Below, piece after piece: positions 62,401 to 64,000 of a stretch of DNA of 64,000 bases. Under the pieces are notes generated by a model, which was not told the DNA's origin, ran no database searches, and saw only the letters and a program-made list of their open reading frames with translations. The DNA is from Rhopilema esculentum (taxonomy: Eukaryota), in contig NW_027019640.1 of the NCBI RefSeq assembly GCF_013076305.1, forward strand, positions 4,810,378-4,874,377, given 5' to 3'. The translations under genes and the position numbers were made by a program. Position 1 is the stretch's first letter. Each line of letters starts with the position of its first letter.

Positions 62401-63129
62401 AGATCTAAGCCAATTCGTGATGCTTTTAACTGATTTTGCATGTTTAAAGGTATTTCATGATGCTCTTTTAGGTTCTGGGATCAAAATTCAGAAATTCTAA
62501 AATATATTTTTATGACGTCATCACTTCAGTACTCTATAAAAGAAAAATAATAATTAGACAAATCTCCTTTTCAAAATCGGAAAAAAGAGAAAACTTACCT
62601 TTCTCGACTGAACCTCATTTATCATTACGTGTTATTTTCGTATGTACTTCTTGAAATTACAAACGCAAACATTACAGTACTTTAAAAGCTTGCATGTCCA
62701 GATTTTGAATTTAGGGAATCAAAAGGCACATTTCAAGTCCTTGAGGAAGGCTCTGTTAACATAAATGTAAATACTGTACACTTACGTGACAACAGTATTA
62801 GGACGATGAATAACAAAATGGCGGCTCCAAAACTAGCATTTTAACATTGATTGAACAAATCTTGCTGTTTTGGTGGGATTCTAGAAATGGCATCAGCAAA
62901 AACACAATTCCTGACAAATTCAATTTATTTTCAACCTTTCTATGATAGAAAGGTAGCAAAATGTCAGGAAGAAATGGAAAATATCAATGTTTTAGTTTCA
63001 ATGCCGAAAACACAAAAGCGACCAGAAAGAGAACGAGAAGCAATAAAATATTTGGGTCTAGCGAGTAATTTGTTTGCTGAAACTACAAGAAAGTTTGGTA
63101 GCAGCAAGTCTACAACACATGTTATTTAG
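47030..63129 (+). CDS. KCNQ/Kv7-family voltage-gated K+ channel, paralog B (multi-exon gene span; ATG at 47030 preceded by an in-frame TAG, stop TAG at 63127-63129)
   Basis: It has the same exon architecture as paralog A, with a canonical TTIGYGD filter, the IQ motif AAELIQIAWKVYA, and helix B ALGFIRRLQMNVALRNFK-QSTRPYDVKDILDRF. Confidence 0.85.
47983..48085 (+). CDS. Paralog B exon 2, S1 (VIFIILSSILFAVCSTLKDQSDTFSIRMRNVTLGY)
   Basis: Acceptor ctttcttttag and donor GTAAGT. Hydrophobic S1 sequence. Confidence 0.75.
48627..48753 (+). CDS. Paralog B exon 3, S2 (EFCLFFIFSIEYGLRVWSCTANSSYISFQGRLRFIRRPIMIL), 127 nt
   Basis: Acceptor ttctag and donor GTAAGC. Contains the EY.LR.WS motif. Confidence 0.85.
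49579..49651 (+). CDS. Paralog B exon 4, S3 (DAVTILASVILIVTLALNFQTDEYR), 73 nt
   Basis: Acceptor cctttttcag and donor GTGATT. Confidence 0.75.
50533..50629 (+). CDS. Paralog B exon 5, S4 (FLFLLQLFRVLRIDRHRGAFATFQCVVRNHFK), 97 nt
   Basis: Acceptor cattgtag and donor GTAAGT. R at every third position plus the RIDRHRG motif. Confidence 0.85.
52234..52365 (+). CDS. Paralog B exon 6, S5 (ELLTCWYMGFIVIMFLSYITYADPSHTSSKGTVSDLANGLYWGV)
   Basis: Acceptor ttcttttag and donor GTGAGT. It shares ELLTCWYM with paralog A exon 6. Confidence 0.85.
53494..53520. repeat. G homopolymer of about 22 nt (plus GGTTGGGGGGTTG), in a paralog B intron
   Basis: Direct reading. Other G/C runs of 9 nt or more lie at about 1358, 5027, 16741, 37265, 44031 and 49367. 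Confidence 0.9.
53904..54014 (+). CDS. Paralog B exon 7, pore and S6 (VSMTTIGYGDVSPVTGLSKIVLCIFALMGAGFIAMPA), 111 nt
   Basis: Anchored to ORF 53886..54077; acceptor cttgcag at 53902-53903 and donor GTGAGT at 54015. Carries the canonical KCNQ TTIGYGD filter. Confidence 0.9.
54296..54535 (+). mobile_element. tRNA-derived SINE, in a paralog B intron
   Basis: The head GAGGATGGCTCAGTTGTTAGAGGCGCTGACTAC..GGTCCGTGGTTCGAGTCCCTG has Pol III A and B boxes. It has a shared tail ..CAGTGTCCTAAAAACAACCTATGGATGCTAGGTAGAAAAAAACAAA with the copy at 60318-60835. Confidence 0.65.
55093..55480 (-). mobile_element. LINE ORF2 3'-terminal fragment (CR1/L2/Jockey-like tail), in a paralog B intron
   Basis: The minus-strand translation is TLEKRLEAFEI*..VMDEKVKNEEVLQRMNEKRKLINTLKARKLKYFGHLIRLNNIYRTLLEGYIDGKRGRGRPRMSWYDNIKEWTG...DRDKWR, the classic LINE C-terminal domain. 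Confidence 0.75.
56258..56353 (+). CDS. Paralog B exon 8 (GIIGSGFALQVIEQRKLKQKTRRRRPAAELIQ), 96 nt
   Basis: Acceptor ctttatag and donor GTACGA. Same length and phase as paralog A exon 8. Confidence 0.85.
56879..56987 (+). CDS. Paralog B exon 9, helix A (IAWKVYASNPARGLTKTWLTHMKLRVSMVNSHRNSL)
   Basis: Acceptor ctttgcag and donor GTAATG. Matches KCNQ SAWRYYATNPSR..ATW. Confidence 0.8.
57414..57465 (+). CDS. Paralog B small linker exon (DLSALNSSYESFENIHIR), 52 nt
   Basis: Acceptor ttatcttacag and donor GTAATT. Its phases (1 in, 2 out) are exactly those needed to join exon 9 to the helix B exon. Confidence 0.55.
58713..58791 (+). CDS. Paralog B helix B exon, first part (NLTIGEKHALGFIRRLQMNVALRNFK)
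   Basis: Acceptor tttatacag and donor GTACTA. Paralogous to A exon 28775..28850. Confidence 0.75.
60147..60241 (+). CDS. Paralog B helix B exon, second part (QSTRPYDVKDILDRFAAAHVEIFERIKEIRKK), 95 nt
   Basis: Acceptor ttattttag and donor GTAAGC. Near-identical motif to KCNQ RKPYDVRDVIEQY. Confidence 0.85.
60318..60835 (+). mobile_element. SINE, a second copy of the same family with a longer body and an A-rich simple-repeat tail
   Basis: It shares the segments ..GACTCCCTGACATGACCAAA.., ..GTGGTCACGTGA.. and the 3' end ..AGTGTCCTAAAAACTACCTTCGGATGCTCAGTAGAAACAATAAAAATAAAAAT.. Confidence 0.55.
61076..61455 (-). mobile_element. MITE copy, reverse-oriented and more diverged, in the paralog B intron
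   Basis: It begins ..AGTGATGACGTCACTAAAAATATTTTTAGAAT and ends ..TTCTAAAAATAGATTTTTGGTGACGTCACACTGTAG, i.e. it has both TIRs. The internal sequence is the reverse complement of the family consensus. Confidence 0.7.
61538..61563 (+). CDS. Paralog B 26-nt microexon ((R)VDDSRGVQ)
   Basis: Acceptor ctttttttag and donor GTAAAT. Same length and phase as the A microexon. Confidence 0.55.
61998..62056 (+). CDS. Paralog B 59-nt coiled-coil exon (EEIQASKVETEMKLERIESK)
   Basis: Acceptor tgtttttag and donor GTTTGT. Same length and phase as A 31793..31851. Confidence 0.55.
62143..62536 (+). mobile_element. MITE copy 3, in the paralog B intron before the terminal exon
   Basis: Full-length, with both TIRs containing TGACGTCA. 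Confidence 0.8.
62953..63129 (+). CDS. Paralog B probable terminal exon (VAKCQEEMENINVLVSMPKTQKRPEREREAIKYLGLASNLFAETTRKFGSSKSTTHVI*)
   Basis: A pyrimidine tract followed by the acceptor ..gatagaaag|GTA, in the frame of ORF 62851..63129. The heptad-like V....E..N.N.L resembles the start of the A terminal exon. The acceptor choice is uncertain. Confidence 0.45.
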   Translation, partial: VAKCQEEMENINVLVSMPKTQKRPEREREAIKYLGLASNLFAETTRKFGSSKSTTHVI

Positions 63130-64000
63130 AAGAACAATGAGTTAACAATGCTGACTAAAATTAAAAAAATGGTAAGCCAGGGCAGACTGACTATTGGTTG
63201 GGCCTAATGGCATCTACAAACTGGCGTTGTGTGGGAAGTCAATCAATGCTAAATATTATGTCCAATTATTTGTGGAAAGTCTCCAGGCAAGTACAGAAAC
63301 AAGTAATGATTCTTTGCAAAGACCATTTGACTTTTAAGCAAGACAATAAACCTAGCTATGTTGCAATTGTGACAAAAATTTCAAGGATATTAACATCATG
63401 TTCTTTCAATAACCCCGTCAAAGTCAAAGCCTTGAAGTAATTAAAAACAACTAGTTTTCATAAAAAAATCCAAGAAATGAAATCTTCTAAGACTAAAAAT
63501 GAACTCTTTTAGAATTTTCTTGAGATTTTCTACTGTATCCTAAGATATTTCGTTGCAAAATTAATTCAGTGAGTTCCAGTGGAAATGGCGGCTGCCAGAT
63601 ACCTGGAGGTCTTTATTTTTACAATTGGGTAAAATTGCAATTGGAAACCCAACCAGCAATCTCGTTATGTTCCACCGATTTTCTATGTTGTTCTTTGAGC
63701 AAAGGGTTAGCCACATTTGCTTTGAGGCGATCGTCCTAATACTTTTGTCACGTGTCGTATATCAGCGACAACAAACCTAATTGAAAATATTATATTTACT
63801 TTGCAATCCTCATCAAATCCTCTAAAGAAGAGAGAAATTTTATTTACTAGAGGAAATAATTCTTTGTATTTTTCAATAGCAATTTTAGTTTGTAACGTAT
63901 TCATATTTTCATGAAAATACTAAGAATAAATTGTTTCTAGGTAAATACTTTAACCCATCAGATGTCAGATGTTACAGACTTGCTTCGTGAGCTTCTTGCT

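Noticed and set aside
1-64000. A prokaryotic-style novel system (defence island, operon, CRISPR)
   Set aside because: The sequence is clearly eukaryotic: spliceosomal introns with GT-AG boundaries, LINE/SINE/MITE content, and no long uninterrupted ORFs or RBS-spaced gene arrays. No direct-repeat/spacer arrays are present. The only tandem repeats are a microsatellite and a 141-bp duplication.

Overview
This window is eukaryotic nuclear DNA, probably from an invertebrate animal. It is about 62% AT and intron-rich, with short exons and canonical GT-AG splice sites. It contains no prokaryotic operons, rRNA, or CRISPR arrays, so the six-frame ORF track mostly shows exon fragments and repeat artefacts.

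The main content is two paralogous KCNQ/Kv7-family voltage-gated K+ channel genes, both on the + strand in tandem head-to-tail order. Gene A spans about 17262-33119 and gene B about 47030-63129. I could place at least 14-15 coding exons in each. Exon lengths and intron phases are identical or nearly so exon for exon across the N-terminus, S1-S6, the pore, IQ/helix A, helix B and the helix C/D coiled coil. This points to an old tandem duplication. Paralog A carries an unusual selectivity filter, ASIGYGD, where paralog B has the canonical TTIGYGD.

At the 5' end of the window, on the minus strand, there are exons of a different gene encoding PA14-like domain sequence.

The rest is transposon-rich:
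- A roughly 400-bp MITE family occurs five times, with about 28-bp terminal inverted repeats containing the CRE-like palindrome TGACGTCA.
- A tRNA-derived SINE is present in 2 copies plus a fragment.
- There are several degraded LINE pieces: one reverse-transcriptase fragment and three 3' ORF2 tails.
- A dispersed ~300-bp repeat appears twice.
- Other features: a ~285-bp (ATGTT)n microsatellite, a 141-bp tandem duplication just upstream of a channel exon, 125-bp direct repeats flanking a 26-nt microexon, a perfect 40-bp-arm hairpin, and many long G/C homopolymers.

Coordinates of exons that overlap a supplied ORF are anchored to it. The others were counted by hand and may be off by about 1-3 nt. 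I cannot confirm homology, repeat classification, or species without database searches.
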